From the NCBI GenBank assembly GCA_934271465.1, contig CAKQRQ010000007.1, forward strand, positions 14,858 to 78,857: DNA of 64,000 bases, written 5' to 3'. A program made the position numbers and the translations under genes. Numbering within the stretch: position 1 is the stretch's first letter; each line of letters begins with the position of its first letter. Shown here one piece after another: positions 37,056 through 50,186 of this stretch. This DNA comes from an uncultured Alphaproteobacteria bacterium (lineage in GTDB: Bacteria > Pseudomonadota > Alphaproteobacteria > RF32 > CAG-239). The notes beneath the pieces are model-generated. The model did no database searches, was not told where the DNA came from, and saw nothing but the letters and a program-made list of their open reading frames with translations.

Positions 37056-38999
37056 TTACCCAAACAACGCGAGCACGCTCTGGGCGGAATTGGCCGCAAG
37101 TGAAAGCGCGTTGGTTGCAAGCTGTTGACGGGTTTGGAGCGCCAAATAATTTGCGGATTCCTCGTTCATATCAGCCAAAACTAAATTATCCGCGCCTGTT
37201 TCAAGAACATCTGTCAAAGACTCGGTAAAGTTTTGCCGCGTTTGGATTATGCTGTAATTATTCCCGAGTTCTGATTGAAACGTGCGGATTTTGTTAACAG
37301 CAGCTAAAAGTTCTTGAATTGAGTTGGCAATATCGCCCTGCGTTGTCCATTCAGCTTTGGTCAGTCCTAACGCGGCGGAACTCATATCCTTTCCTTGGAC
37401 TGTTAGTTTGTTGTTTCGGGTTTCGTTGAAGACAACATCAAGTTTCTCATTCTTCAAAAGATTAACACCCTGATATGATGAATCATTAATTAATTTATCA
37501 TATTGCTCAAAGGCTTTATTATATTGGTCGGCATAATCCGTAACTGAAGAAACCTCTGTTTCTTTTTGATATCCTTTAATCCCCTGTTCAGCTTTGGCTT
37601 GAAGAGCATTAACCATTTCATCCAAGAAATCCAGCGATGGCGCAACCTCACCGGCCTCTTCCGCAAATCCGGTCGGAAGATTATTATTGAGCATCGTGTT
37701 GTCGCTAACATTGGTGTCTGTTTTATAAACCTTTCCGTTCCAACCAAACTTTGAACCCGCAACAGCGTTGAAAGTAAGACGATTGTTCTCGTTCCAAAAT
37801 AATCGTCTAGAGCTTTCTATATTCATCTGAACATCAGAAGAATTAAGATTTACCATTAAAGGAGTATACGTTGCAACAAAATTCTCAAGAGTTTTCATAT
37901 TCAATGATGCTTTATCATTTAAGGTTAACTCTCCATAAACAAAACCGCCATCTCCCCCTGTCAGCACCATGTTCAAAGAGCTATTTTCCAGAAATTCCGT
38001 TTTTGAATCGCTAAATCCTCGTTCCGCTGCAACAATATTCAATTGCGCATTGGCAGATACCTTCATGGCCGATAGACCTATAGCTCTTGAGGCTTTTTGG
38101 AGCATATAGATATTCAAATTTCCTGTAACTTGAACATCAGTTCCATTTAAAAGCCCGTGAGACAGAATTTTTTTATCGTCATTTCTTCCTTTTTCATAAA
38201 TAAAATTATTGCCAGTGATGAGCGTATTATTTCCTAAATATATTCCTACGGAACTTATCCCTTTTTGATTATAATCTATTTGTTCCATATTGTCTATCAT
38301 CAGATCAATGCTATTAATCGTAATATTAGACTTGAGGGATAGGTTAACAATTGAACTTCCAACACTCGTTCTCGTCACTCCGCGGATTGAGATATCAGAA
38401 ATAACTAAATCATCAGCTTGAGTCACAATGCCGCTTGTTATATTCAATTTCTCTAAATCAATGTCGATGCTCGAGAACTTGCCGGTATCCGGTTCTTCAA
38501 CGCCGTAATAGCCCACGCCGACAAGGTTTTGTCCGGCTTTTAGGCTGATTTGTCCTTCGGCTTGGATATTGCCATAAATGACGATGTTTCCTTGAACACC
38601 GCTGTCCAAAGCGGCTTTGAGTTCCGCCCAATTACTTGCAACCGCCGCAACGTTTTCTTGACTTGCAAACCATTCTTTGCTCGGGATTTTGGTTGCTGCT
38701 AGGGCTTCCGTTGCTATGGCCGAGGCTTGTTCGAGGAACGACACGCCGCTTGTCAGGCCTTGCGTTGCCGCTTGAATGGTTTGGATCCCCTGTCCCATCG
38801 CGTCTAATAAGGCGTCTAAATCCGAGGCTCTGTTTGTGAGGGCTCTGGCTTGGTAATAACTTGACGCATTATCAATAGCGGAATTGACTTTCTTGCCGGT
38901 TGAAAGCCTTTCCTGCGTCGTGTTCATTTGTTTGGAGATGTTTTTGAGGCTGTTTAAGTTACTCCGCATTGACGCCGTCAGCGTGATACTCTTTACCAT
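37056..38999 (-). CDS. fliC: Flagellin (647 aa) with conserved N- and C-terminal helical domains and a large central variable domain
   Basis: The N-terminus TQERLSTGKKVNSAIDNASSYYQARALTNRASDLDALLDAMGQGIQTIQAA matches the flagellin D0/D1 region. The C-terminus ALQTRQQLATNALSLAANSAQSVLALFG matches the flagellin C-terminal helix. Confidence 0.7.
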   Translation of the reverse strand: MVKSITLTASMRSNLNSLKNISKQMNTTQERLSTGKKVNSAIDNASSYYQARALTNRASDLDALLDAMGQGIQTIQAATQGLTSGVSFLEQASAIATEALAATKIPSKEWFASQENVAAVASNWAELKAALDSGVQGNIVIYGNIQAEGQISLKAGQNLVGVGYYGVEEPDTGKFSSIDIDLEKLNITSGIVTQADDLVISDISIRGVTRTSVGSSIVNLSLKSNITINSIDLMIDNMEQIDYNQKGISSVGIYLGNNTLITGNNFIYEKGRNDDKKILSHGLLNGTDVQVTGNLNIYMLQKASRAIGLSAMKVSANAQLNIVAAERGFSDSKTEFLENSSLNMVLTGGDGGFVYGELTLNDKASLNMKTLENFVATYTPLMVNLNSSDVQMNIESSRRLFWNENNRLTFNAVAGSKFGWNGKVYKTDTNVSDNTMLNNNLPTGFAEEAGEVAPSLDFLDEMVNALQAKAEQGIKGYQKETEVSSVTDYADQYNKAFEQYDKLINDSSYQGVNLLKNEKLDVVFNETRNNKLTVQGKDMSSAALGLTKAEWTTQGDIANSIQELLAAVNKIRTFQSELGNNYSIIQTRQNFTESLTDVLETGADNLVLADMNEESANYLALQTRQQLATNALSLAANSAQSVLALFG

Positions 39000-39257
39000 A
39001 TCACACCTCCCCGTTGCGAATGCGCGGAAAGCCTAGAAACTGTAGGGGGGGGGTAAGACGAGGCGTGTGCTTGAACCACCCGCGGCACCTGCCGCAAGTC
39101 CGTTCAATTCGTTGCTGTCATTTCCAAACACCACTCAAAAACCTCGTTTTTATACCTTAAAAGAAGAGCAAAAGTCTCCTTTTTACTCTCCTTTTAATCT
39201 ATTATCTTTCCTCTCCGTTTCAATCTCTTTCGAAAACTTATGCAGAAGTTTTTTAAT

Positions 39258-39303
39258 AAAAAAATCTGCCCTTTGAGCAATTACCCAAAGAGCAGACTTT
39301 TTA
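39258..39303 (-). terminator. Rho-independent terminator downstream of tuf
   Basis: The hairpin TCTGCCCTTTG-agcaattaccc-CAAAGAGCAGA is followed by a T run on the minus strand. Confidence 0.5.
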
Positions 39304-39316
39304 TAAATTGCTGATA

Positions 39317-40507
39317 TTATTTCAAAATCTTAGAAACAACACCGGCACCGACAGTGTGTCCGCCTTCACGAATAGCGAAGCGCAAACCTTCGTTCATCGC
39401 AATCGGGTGAATCAATTTTGCTGTCATTGTGATGTTATCTCCAGGCATGACCATCTCTGTTCCTTCTGGAAGTTCAATAGAGCCTGTAACGTCTGTTGTT
39501 CTGAAATAGAACTGAGGACGATAGTTTGAGAAGAACGGTGTATGACGTCCGCCTTCTTCTTTTGTCAAAATATAGCATTCGCATTTGAATTCTGTGTGCG
39601 GTGTGATAGAGCCCGGAGCGGCCAAAACTTGTCCTCTCTCGACTTCCTCTCTCTTTGTGCCGCGCAACAGAACACCGATGTTGTCTCCGGCTTCGCCCTG
39701 ATCCAACAATTTGCGGAACATTTCAATTCCTGTGCAGGTTGTCTTCTGGGTCGGTCTGATACCTACGATTTCGATTTCATCGCCAACTTTCAAAACGCCT
39801 CTTTCTACACGGCCTGTTACAACCGTGCCGCGGCCTGAAATGGAGAATACATCTTCAATCGGCATCAAGAACGGTTTGTCTTTCGGACGATCCGGCTGCG
39901 GAATGTAGTTGTCTACGGCGTTCATCAATTCAATAATGGAATCATGACCAATCTTCGGATCACCATTTTCCAATACAGCCAATGCCGATCCTTTAATAAT
40001 CGGAATCTCATCTCCCGGGAAGTCATAAGATTTCAACAAATCTCTGATTTCCATCTCGACCAATTCCAACAACTCCGGATCATCGACCTGATCTACTTTG
40101 TTCATATAAACGACTATCGCCGGAACACCGACCTGACGTGCCAACAAAATGTGCTCGCGTGTTTGCGGCATCGGACCATCAGCGGCTGATACAACCAAAA
40201 TAGCGCCGTCCATCTGCGCTGCACCTGTAATCATGTTTTTAACATAGTCAGCGTGGCCCGGACAATCAACGTGCGCATAGTGGCGTTTGTCTGTCTCGTA
40301 TTCAACGTGCGATGTATTAATGGTAATACCACGGGCACGCTCCTCAGGCGCCTTATCAATGTTTGCATAATCGACGAATTCCGCATCGCCCTTCTCGGCC
40401 AATACTTTTGTAATTGCTGCCGTCAAGGTCGTCTTGCCGTGGTCTACGTGGCCGATCGTGCCGATATTGCAGTGCGGTTTGTTCCGCTCAAACTTCTCTT
40501 TTGCCAT
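39317..40507 (-). CDS. tuf: Elongation factor Tu
   Basis: It has the G-domain motifs [14 protein letters not shown] and NKVD, and is 396 aa. Confidence 0.97.
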   Translation of the reverse strand: MAKEKFERNKPHCNIGTIGHVDHGKTTLTAAITKVLAEKGDAEFVDYANIDKAPEERARGITINTSHVEYETDKRHYAHVDCPGHADYVKNMITGAAQMDGAILVVSAADGPMPQTREHILLARQVGVPAIVVYMNKVDQVDDPELLELVEMEIRDLLKSYDFPGDEIPIIKGSALAVLENGDPKIGHDSIIELMNAVDNYIPQPDRPKDKPFLMPIEDVFSISGRGTVVTGRVERGVLKVGDEIEIVGIRPTQKTTCTGIEMFRKLLDQGEAGDNIGVLLRGTKREEVERGQVLAAPGSITPHTEFKCECYILTKEEGGRHTPFFSNYRPQFYFRTTDVTGSIELPEGTEMVMPGDNITMTAKLIHPIAMNEGLRFAIREGGHTVGAGVVSKILK

Positions 40508-40627
40508 TTTAAATTTTCTCCAAAAATAAAATTAAGTTAGTTAAATAAAAATTGTTTTTCAAAATTTCCGGACGGCAAATCAAATAGAATTCATTCGGTT
40601 TGCCGTCCGAATAAGGGTTCAAAACAC

Positions 40628-42703
40628 TTACGCGTTTTTGGCTTTTACCTTTTCGGCAATGTCCTTCGGAACCTCAGCATAATGATCAAAGACCATTGTG
40701 AACTGAGCACGTCCCTGAGACAAAGAACGCAAGGTATTAACATAACCAAACATGTTAGCCAACGGAACCTGTGCATCAATAACACGGGCGTTCGCACGCT
40801 GATCCATTCCGTTAACCAAACCGCGGCGTGAGTTCAAATCACCGATAATATCACCCATATATTCCTCAGGCGTAACGACTTCAACCTTCATAATCGGCTC
40901 CAAAAGCTTCGGATCTGCCTGACGCATACCTTCGCGGAAAGCAGCGCGGGCAGCAATTTCAAAGCACATAACGTTAGAGTCGACCTCGTGGTAAGCACCG
41001 TCATACAGGTTGCATTTAACACCAGTTACGGGATATCCGGCAATAACACCGGCATCCATAGCCGAACGCAAACCTTTTTCAACACCGGGGATATATTCCT
41101 TAGGAACGTTACCGCCGACAACAGTGTTTTCAAATTCAAATCCTGTATAACCTTCAATGGGTTCAAATTTGATTTTAACCTTAGCAAACTGACCAGCACC
41201 ACCGGATTGTTTCTTGTGGGTGTATTCAATATCGCAGGGTTTTGTAATCGTTTCACGGTAAGCAACTTGAGGCTCGCCGACATTGGCATCAACCTTAAAT
41301 TCACGTTTCAGACGGTCAACAATAATCTCAAGGTGGAGTTCGCCCATACCTCTGATAATTGTCTGACCAGAATCAGGATCTGAAGAAACCTTGAAAGACG
41401 GATCCTCCATAGCCAGTCTGGACAAAGCCAAGCCCATTTTTTCAACGTCGGCTTTTGTCTTTGGCTCAACAGCCAATTCAATAACCGGATCCGGAAATTC
41501 CATATTTTCCAAAACAATCGGCTTGGACTGATCACACAAGGTATCTCCCGTTGTGGTATCTTTCAAACCGGCCAAAGCAACGATGTCGCCTGTCATGGCC
41601 TCTTTCAAGTCTTCACGTTTATTAGAATGCATCAACAACATACGGCCGACACGCTCTTTCTTATCTTTAACCGAGTTATAGACATAACTTCCAGTTGTCA
41701 TAACACCCGAATAAATACGTGTAAAGGTCAAAGATCCGACAAACGGGTCGTTCATAATCTTGAAAGCTAACGCAGCCAAAGGCTGTGCATCATCAGGATG
41801 ACGAACTTCTTCAGCACCTGTATCAGGGTTAACACCTTTAATGGACGGAATATCCAACGGAGAAGGCAGATAATCAACAACCGCATCCAACAAAGGCTGA
41901 ACACCCTTATTTTTGAACGCTGTTCCACAGAAAACCGGAACAAAGTTCTGAGCGATTGTGCCCTTACGAATACATTTCTTCAATGTTTCAGCGGAAACCT
42001 CTTTGCCCTCCAGATAGTCTTCCATAGCCTGTTCATCTTCTTCAACGGCCATTTCAACCAACTGATGATGATATTCTTCAGCTTTTTCTTTCAAATCAGC
42101 CGGAATTTCTTTAATCTCAATCGGTGAATCTGCCGTATCGCCGGTATAAACGATAGCATTCATATTCAGCAAATCGACAACACCTCTGAAGTCAGCTTCG
42201 GCACCGATAGGCAACTGCATCGCCAAGGGTTTAGCCCCCAAGCGGTCAACAATCATATCCAAACAGCGGTAGAAGTTAGCGCCGATACGATCCATCTTGT
42301 TGCAGAAGCAAATTCTGGGAACACCGTATTTGTCAGCTTGTCTCCAAACTGTTTCGGACTGCGGTTCAACCCCAGCAACCGAATCAAAAACGGTAATGGC
42401 ACCATCCAAAACACGGAGCGAACGCTCAACTTCGACTGTAAAGTCAACGTGGCCGGGGGTGTCAATCAAGTTGATTCTGTGGCCCTTCCAGAAGCAGGTT
42501 GTAGCAGCAGAGGTAATTGTAATACCGCGCTCTTGTTCCTGTTCCATCCAGTCCATGGTGGCGGCACCTTCGTGCACTTCACCAATTTTATGTGTCTGGC
42601 CTGTATAGTAAAGGATACGCTCACTGGTGGTGGTTTTACCAGCATCAATGTGCGCCATAATACCGATATTTCTATACATTTCCAATTTATGCGAACGAGC
42701 CAT
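40628..42703 (-). CDS. fusA: Elongation factor G
   Basis: [17 protein letters not shown] and NKMD are present, it is 691 aa, and the order rpsL-rpsG-fusA-tuf is conserved. Confidence 0.97.
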   Translation of the reverse strand: MARSHKLEMYRNIGIMAHIDAGKTTTSERILYYTGQTHKIGEVHEGAATMDWMEQEQERGITITSAATTCFWKGHRINLIDTPGHVDFTVEVERSLRVLDGAITVFDSVAGVEPQSETVWRQADKYGVPRICFCNKMDRIGANFYRCLDMIVDRLGAKPLAMQLPIGAEADFRGVVDLLNMNAIVYTGDTADSPIEIKEIPADLKEKAEEYHHQLVEMAVEEDEQAMEDYLEGKEVSAETLKKCIRKGTIAQNFVPVFCGTAFKNKGVQPLLDAVVDYLPSPLDIPSIKGVNPDTGAEEVRHPDDAQPLAALAFKIMNDPFVGSLTFTRIYSGVMTTGSYVYNSVKDKKERVGRMLLMHSNKREDLKEAMTGDIVALAGLKDTTTGDTLCDQSKPIVLENMEFPDPVIELAVEPKTKADVEKMGLALSRLAMEDPSFKVSSDPDSGQTIIRGMGELHLEIIVDRLKREFKVDANVGEPQVAYRETITKPCDIEYTHKKQSGGAGQFAKVKIKFEPIEGYTGFEFENTVVGGNVPKEYIPGVEKGLRSAMDAGVIAGYPVTGVKCNLYDGAYHEVDSNVMCFEIAARAAFREGMRQADPKLLEPIMKVEVVTPEEYMGDIIGDLNSRRGLVNGMDQRANARVIDAQVPLANMFGYVNTLRSLSQGRAQFTMVFDHYAEVPKDIAEKVKAKNA

Positions 42704-42727
42704 TATATTTTCCTATACTATATCGGG

Positions 42728-43210
<483 letters not shown>

Positions 43211-43582
43211 TTATTTAGGTCTCTTCGCGCCGTATAAAGAACGACGTTGACGACGTTTAGACACACCTTGAGTATCCAAGGTTCCACGAATGATATGATA
43301 ACGAACACCAGGCAAGTCTTTGACACGGCCTCCTCTAATCAGCACCACTGAGTGTTCTTGCAAGTTATGACCTTCACCAGGGATATAGCTGATTACTTCA
43401 AAGCCGTTGGTCAGGCGAACACGCGCAACTTTACGTAAAGCTGAGTTAGGTTTTTTAGGGGTTGTTGTATAAACCCTTGTGCAAACACCTCTCTTTTGCG
43501 GGCAAGCCTTCAAAGCCGGAACTTTGTTTCTCTTGACTTTGGGTGTTCGTGATTTACGAATTAACTGATTAATTGTAGGCAT
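43211..43582 (-). CDS. rpsL: 30S ribosomal protein S12. I moved the start to [10 protein letters not shown].
   Basis: [11 protein letters not shown]...[11 protein letters not shown] is the canonical S12 sequence. The upstream 30 codons of the listed ORF are not conserved. Confidence 0.95.
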   Translation of the reverse strand: MPTINQLIRKSRTPKVKRNKVPALKACPQKRGVCTRVYTTTPKKPNSALRKVARVRLTNGFEVISYIPGEGHNLQEHSVVLIRGGRVKDLPGVRYHIIRGTLDTQGVSKRRQRRSLYGAKRPK

Positions 43583-43737
43583 CACAAATTTCCTTAAAGT
43601 ATTAGTTATTAACAAAAAACTCACAAAAATGCGATTCCTCGCCTTTTTTGAGTCTCGGAAATATAGATTCATAAAAAGATTTAGTCAAGCGCTTTTTTTC
43701 AAAGAAATTAAAGAAAGAAAAACAAAGGCCGAATAAT

Positions 43738-44553
43738 CTATTTCAAATTTTTTATCTGAACTTTCAATGTTATCCGATGCGTCTCGTGAGGAAGCAAACA
43801 GACAGCAAAATCTCCGACATTGGAAGGCTCTACACAAACAAAAGTTTTATACTGTCCTTCGCTCATTTCAGCCAAATCTTTAGCCGGATTCCAAACAACA
43901 GTTGTTTGCGAGCCGTTCTTTTCCAGCGTAATAATCCGCTCATATCCTTTATCGACAATCTCTATCGGATTAGTCTGATCCATAAAAACAGAATCAAATT
44001 CCCCGCGGATTGCTAACTCACCATCCAAAGTATATGTCTGGCCGTCCAGCGAATTTTTGTAGCAATGCCCTTTCAAGCCTTTTATAAGAATATTATTAAT
44101 GGAGCTGATATTAAAATAACAATGCAGCGCCTCGCTAAAACTAAAAGGCTCATCGCCGTTATTCGTCGTTTCAAGAGTATATTCCAATTTATCGGTCATT
44201 TTAATCAACAAACGCGCTGTTGCATCAAGTTTATATTTTTCATTAGGAATCAAAATAAATTCAGCTTCTGCTTTCTGTGCATCGGCTACCGTTTTTATTA
44301 CTCGCCAATCAGAAGTGCGGGCAACCCCATGCCGAGGTAAATGATTATTCAAATCTTCTGTGGCAAACCTCGGCCAACAGATAGGTATTCCGCCGCGAAT
44401 AGCTTGAGCATGATCAAATTTATTCAAATCCCCGACCCAAAAGATATCTTGATCAGTCCCTTTGGGACGATACGAAACCAATGTTGCTCCGAACAAAGCT
44501 ATTTTACACTCGGCCACACCGTTAGTTAAACAAACAAAATCTCTGTCAGTCAT
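43738..44553 (-). CDS. Aldose 1-epimerase family protein (YeaD-like D-hexose-6-phosphate mutarotase)
   Basis: It is 271 aa with YeaD-like conserved blocks (GGIPICWPRF, HGVARTSDWRV). Confidence 0.65.
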   Translation of the reverse strand: MTDRDFVCLTNGVAECKIALFGATLVSYRPKGTDQDIFWVGDLNKFDHAQAIRGGIPICWPRFATEDLNNHLPRHGVARTSDWRVIKTVADAQKAEAEFILIPNEKYKLDATARLLIKMTDKLEYTLETTNNGDEPFSFSEALHCYFNISSINNILIKGLKGHCYKNSLDGQTYTLDGELAIRGEFDSVFMDQTNPIEIVDKGYERIITLEKNGSQTTVVWNPAKDLAEMSEGQYKTFVCVEPSNVGDFAVCLLPHETHRITLKVQIKNLK

Positions 44554-44641
44554 ATCTCTGATATCCTTTTCCTCTTAGATTAAGAAGTTTACATCCGTCT
44601 GACGCTTTTCGCATCATTATTTATGCTTTTTGCACAAATCG

Positions 44642-44670
44642 AAAGCCGCCTCTATTTAAAAGGCGGCTTT
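44642..44670. terminator. Bidirectional rho-independent terminator
   Basis: The sequence AAAGCCGCCtctatttaaaAGGCGGCTTT. Confidence 0.55.
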
Positions 44671-44860
44671 AGACTCATTTGTAACAAAGTTAAACCAACT
44701 CTGTTTTCTCTTTCACATGACCATTTTCATCATAGACATAGCGTCTCCTGACATACTTTCCCGCCAAAATCTCAGGTAAAAAATCTCTGTCAGCATCGCG
44801 CATTTCGGCATACGGAATCTGATTTTCACCCTGCCAAAAATAAAATTTTTTAAACAAAGA

Positions 44861-45745
44861 CTAAAGTCTGTCAATCAAGGATTTATAATAATCAATAACA
44901 ACCCTTACTCTTGGAATATCCTTAACCGAGCGATGTGCAAGCAGATACAAAGTCATTTTCACATCGGTCTTAATGTTATCCAAGCAAACAAGCCCCAAAT
45001 TATCTTTTGCAAAAGTCATCGGCATTACTCCGACACCACCGCCTCCGATAATAACATCATTAATAACAAAACTGCTGTTTGAAATAAATGGTTCCCTCGA
45101 GGCGTGTTTCAAAGCCGTTTCTATCCTTGCTTGATAGCGATCATTCCGACGAAAAACCAATCTGTGATTTTCAAACAAATCTTTCAAACTTTGAGGATAC
45201 GGATTATGTTTCAAATACTCCGATGAAGCAAAATAGCCGCAAGGAACATCTTTTTGCGCCAAGATAACCAAATCATCTCCCTTAGGCAAACGATCATAAC
45301 ACAAACAAATATCATAAGCCATTGAGTTCATATCTGGAATTTCATCAAAGACATCTACCTTCAAGGCAATATCTTTATATTTAGCAAAAAATTTATCGAC
45401 ATCTTTGGTATAAACATTTGTTCTGACATTACGACCGTAAACGACTTTAACCTCGCCTTTGGCGCTTTTATTTACCTCAGAGAGCTCTTTTGTCTTTTCA
45501 AGCAACCCTTTAACTTGATTAACAATATCAACAACCTTATCCCCGTAAAACGTCAAAGTGCATTTTCTGTTCGTAATAGACAAGAGTTTCAAGCCTAAAT
45601 CTTTTTCAAGCTCAGCCAAATATTTATTAAAAGTATCAATTGAAATATTCCAATTCTTAGCAGCCTTTAATTTTCCGCCGCTTTCTTTAACAGTTTGCAG
45701 CATCATCATACTGCCAAGCATCGTCCAGTCTTTCTTAGAAAGCAT
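44861..45745 (-). CDS. LysR-family transcriptional regulator
   Basis: An N-terminal HTH (LKAAKNWNISIDTFNKYLAELEKDLGLKLL) is followed by a LysR substrate-binding-like domain. Confidence 0.7.
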   Translation of the reverse strand: MLSKKDWTMLGSMMMLQTVKESGGKLKAAKNWNISIDTFNKYLAELEKDLGLKLLSITNRKCTLTFYGDKVVDIVNQVKGLLEKTKELSEVNKSAKGEVKVVYGRNVRTNVYTKDVDKFFAKYKDIALKVDVFDEIPDMNSMAYDICLCYDRLPKGDDLVILAQKDVPCGYFASSEYLKHNPYPQSLKDLFENHRLVFRRNDRYQARIETALKHASREPFISNSSFVINDVIIGGGGVGVMPMTFAKDNLGLVCLDNIKTDVKMTLYLLAHRSVKDIPRVRVVIDYYKSLIDRL

Positions 45746-45865
45746 GATAAGATATCCTTAAAGAAGTAACCTTAGATGTGTCTAATATATCTCTAAAAGA
45801 ATCAAAATGCAACATTTATTTCTGGTTGCACAAAAAAAGAAAAAACAACCGGAAAATTGTTAACA

Positions 45866-45894
45866 AAAAGAGGGGAGGCAAAAACCTCCCCTTC
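45866..45894 (-). terminator. Rho-independent terminator downstream of groEL
   Basis: The sequence GAGGGGAGGcaaaaaCCTCCCCTT. Confidence 0.6.
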
Positions 45895-45913
45895 AAATAG
45901 GATAACCTTACGG

Positions 45914-47578
<1,665 letters not shown>

Positions 47579-47588
47579 CTATCAAAAA

Positions 47589-47879
47589 TTATTCTTCAAC
47601 AATACCCAAAATATCGGCTTCTTTCATAATCAAACGCTCTTCACCGTTGAGTTTAACCTCTGTTCCTGACCACTTGCCGAACAAGACTTTATCTCCGACC
47701 TTAACTGTCATCGGAACAATTTTGCCATCTTCGGCTCTAAATCCGTCCCCGACAGCCTCAACAAGTCCCTCGGAAGGTTTTTCCTTTGCCGTATCCGGAA
47801 TAATAATTCCGCCGGCCGTTTTTGTATTTTCTTCAAGTCTTTTAACTAAGACTCTATCATGTAAAGGTCTTATTTTCAT
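47589..47879 (-). CDS. groS: Co-chaperonin GroES. I moved the start to [10 protein letters not shown].
   Basis: [13 protein letters not shown]...GGIIIPD is the GroES signature. Confidence 0.95.
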   Translation of the reverse strand: MKIRPLHDRVLVKRLEENTKTAGGIIIPDTAKEKPSEGLVEAVGDGFRAEDGKIVPMTVKVGDKVLFGKWSGTEVKLNGEERLIMKEADILGIVEE

Positions 47880-47956
47880 TATAGTCATACTCCTTAAGTT
47901 TATTTTTTCTAAGCCCTTAGTTAGTTATCAAAAAAGGCCTTGTCAAGAGTCAGAAT

Positions 47957-47991
47957 AAAAAAATTGCCCTTATTTTAAGGGCAATCAAAAA
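47957..47991 (-). terminator. Rho-independent terminator downstream of the ion-channel gene
   Basis: The sequence TTGCCCTTattttAAGGGCAA is flanked by A and T runs. Confidence 0.55.
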
Positions 47992-48741
47992 TTATTTTTT
48001 GGCATCTTGCTTAACAATATCTATCATCTGAACAATTGAAGAAACAATAAAGCTGGCCACCAGCAAAAATGAAAATAAAACAACACTGATAAAGAAAACC
48101 CACGCATGCGGATAAAGCATCATAACCGGCCGTGCAATCAGCGACGCCCACCCATCCAACGTAAAGACCTGAACCAACGTAAAGGCAGCTGCGCCTAAGT
48201 TTCCGAATGCAGCAAAGGTATCCCCGAATAAATTAACGGCTATAATCGCAAACACATAAAAGAAAACGGCAAATATAGCCAAAAACGAAACAAAAGAAGG
48301 AAGCAAAGCCAAAAACACCTGGACCAGATTATTCATACGAGAAAAACGATTAACATACTTCAACAGCCTAAACAGCCTGAATGTCCGCAAAACAATAAAA
48401 GCACTCATAAACGGCAGTGACGAAACAAGAACTATTACCAAATCAAAAACATTCCAGCCGGATTTAAAAAAGGCACGTTTCAATGCTATAATCTTTAAAA
48501 ACATCTCCGCCATAAAAATGCCCATAAAAACTCTGTCCAGCAAAAACAGGCCGTTATCAAAATAAAATTCCATCGTTGGCGAAGTCAACAGCCCCAAAAC
48601 GACTGCATCCGCCAAAATAACGCCCATAATAAACATATCAAAGCTGAATCCAGTTACCAACTTAGCTAACCGACGTTGATCATCATTATAATAAAGCTGT
48701 TTAACAAATTTATCAAATGTCGAACTCTTTTTAGCAGGCAT
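47992..48741 (-). CDS. Voltage-gated ion channel, bacterial Nav/Cav-like (single 6-TM domain)
   Basis: The S4 voltage sensor has Arg every third residue (LRTFRLFRLLKYV). The pore helix and filter read LVQVFTLDGWASLIARPVM, compared with TLESWAS in NaChBac. Confidence 0.7.
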   Translation of the reverse strand: MPAKKSSTFDKFVKQLYYNDDQRRLAKLVTGFSFDMFIMGVILADAVVLGLLTSPTMEFYFDNGLFLLDRVFMGIFMAEMFLKIIALKRAFFKSGWNVFDLVIVLVSSLPFMSAFIVLRTFRLFRLLKYVNRFSRMNNLVQVFLALLPSFVSFLAIFAVFFYVFAIIAVNLFGDTFAAFGNLGAAAFTLVQVFTLDGWASLIARPVMMLYPHAWVFFISVVLFSFLLVASFIVSSIVQMIDIVKQDAKK

Positions 48742-48782
48742 TTCTTATCTCCTCGTTCAAAAAATCCTTCAATTATTCTATC

Positions 48783-49448
48783 CTAAAAAAGCCAAAAAGC
48801 AACAATTATTCCGGACAAAGCAAGCATCGGTCCGAAGGCCAAAACACGCCGCCGCCTTAAACAGGCATACCCAATACCGAAAAACGATGAGAGGACAACA
48901 ACATAAAGAAGCCCCTCCACACCCAGCCAAGCCCCGAGAGCAGCCAAAAGTTTAATATCTCCGCCGCCGAAAGCATCTTTCCGATACCAAACCATCAACA
49001 AGCTGGCCAATACCGGCAAAAAATAACCGATAAAGGCGCCCAAAGCCGCCTCATTCGGCATAACAAAACCATTTCCAATAACTGACGCCACAAAACCGAT
49101 TATCAATAAAGGGACGGTCAAAATGTCAGGCAGTAAACACGTCCTGAAATCTATTTCGGCTAAAAGAAACAAAATTAAAAAATAGGTAGAAAGGAATGAC
49201 AATCCCAGACTTCCAAAATGAAGATATGCCGCTCCGATAACAAAAGCAGTTAAGAAACCGAAACCAACCGAACGTGCAAAAAAAAGTCTGTAAAGTTTGT
49301 TCCTTCTGTAATTCTTATTTTTTTTCCCCCATCTGAAAAGCTCAACAAGCGCACCGGCAAAAGTCGCCGGCATAAATTTGGCAAAACGTCTGGCTGCATA
49401 GGGAATAAAGCCCCCGAAAACAAACGCAACAAACAAATATCCCGTCAT
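48783..49448 (-). CDS. Type IV prepilin peptidase (A24 family)
   Basis: It is polytopic. The catalytic Asp region is GGGDIKLLAALGAWLG, and a second Asp lies in the AEIDFRTCLLPD region. Confidence 0.7.
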   Translation of the reverse strand: MTGYLFVAFVFGGFIPYAARRFAKFMPATFAGALVELFRWGKKNKNYRRNKLYRLFFARSVGFGFLTAFVIGAAYLHFGSLGLSFLSTYFLILFLLAEIDFRTCLLPDILTVPLLIIGFVASVIGNGFVMPNEAALGAFIGYFLPVLASLLMVWYRKDAFGGGDIKLLAALGAWLGVEGLLYVVVLSSFFGIGYACLRRRRVLAFGPMLALSGIIVAFWLF

Positions 49449-49469
49449 AAGAGCCCCCGATTTATGTTC

Positions 49470-50171
49470 CTAAACCCCATAAGAAAAATACTTAACACTT
49501 TGATAGACGACAATTCTCTTAACGGCCGCAAAAGTTAACTCATTATTTCCATAGACAATACGCCCATTTTCAGCAGGAAGTTTTCCATTCCGAAGCTGAT
49601 ACTCTCTGACATCACGCAAATTCATAACAATTCCATTCGAAAACTGAACTTCCCACCCGTAAGTATCATATCCGACATTCACATGAATAGTCTTACATTC
49701 CTCGTCCGCAACAAATTCTCCGCTTTCAAAACCTTTGGAAATCGTAAAAACTTTATCGGCAGATGTGCCCGAATACCAACGCAGATTGCCGATATTTCCA
49801 ACCGAATTATCAGAAGAAATCGGATAAACTTCCGATGGAGATGATGTTTCAGAAGTTATATGCTCTTCCGGCAAACTCTCCTGATAAGAAAATGTTTCAG
49901 AATTATCTTCCTCAGAAGAATCAAATGTCGGATTCTCAGAATCTTCTCCCATATGATCTGTTGCCGATACCAAATAGGAATCTCCCTCGGGAAAAGCGTC
50001 TGTCTCATCAAAAGGCCTATCCTTACTCCCGCTTGCTGCCTCAGGAACAACCTCAGAATGGTTTTCTTCCGGCAGAGAAATGTTAACAGCTTCTTCCGGC
50101 GCCCCCTCTTTTGCCTCCGAAAGAATATCATCAAGCGCTAAATCTTCAAAATTTTCTGTTTCGTCAACCAT
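49470..50171 (-). CDS. Hypothetical protein with an acidic disordered N-terminus and a C-terminal ~100 aa globular domain
   Basis: There is no signal peptide. The first 130 aa are D/E/S-rich. I recognise no motif. Confidence 0.35.
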   Translation of the reverse strand: MVDETENFEDLALDDILSEAKEGAPEEAVNISLPEENHSEVVPEAASGSKDRPFDETDAFPEGDSYLVSATDHMGEDSENPTFDSSEEDNSETFSYQESLPEEHITSETSSPSEVYPISSDNSVGNIGNLRWYSGTSADKVFTISKGFESGEFVADEECKTIHVNVGYDTYGWEVQFSNGIVMNLRDVREYQLRNGKLPAENGRIVYGNNELTFAAVKRIVVYQSVKYFSYGV

Positions 50172-50186
50172 TTCAAATCCTCTTCT

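Noticed and set aside
44690-44830. A ~37 aa minus-strand small ORF (MRDADRDFLPEILAGKYVRRRYVYDENGHVKEKTELV) between the epimerase and LysR genes
   Set aside because: It is below the size where I can judge coding potential by eye. It has no recognisable motif, and the start codon and RBS are unclear.
47880-47991. CIRCE (HrcA operator, TTAGCACTC-N9-GAGTGCTAA) upstream of groES
   Set aside because: No match to the CIRCE inverted repeat is present in the groES leader. The only hairpin there is the terminator of the upstream channel gene.
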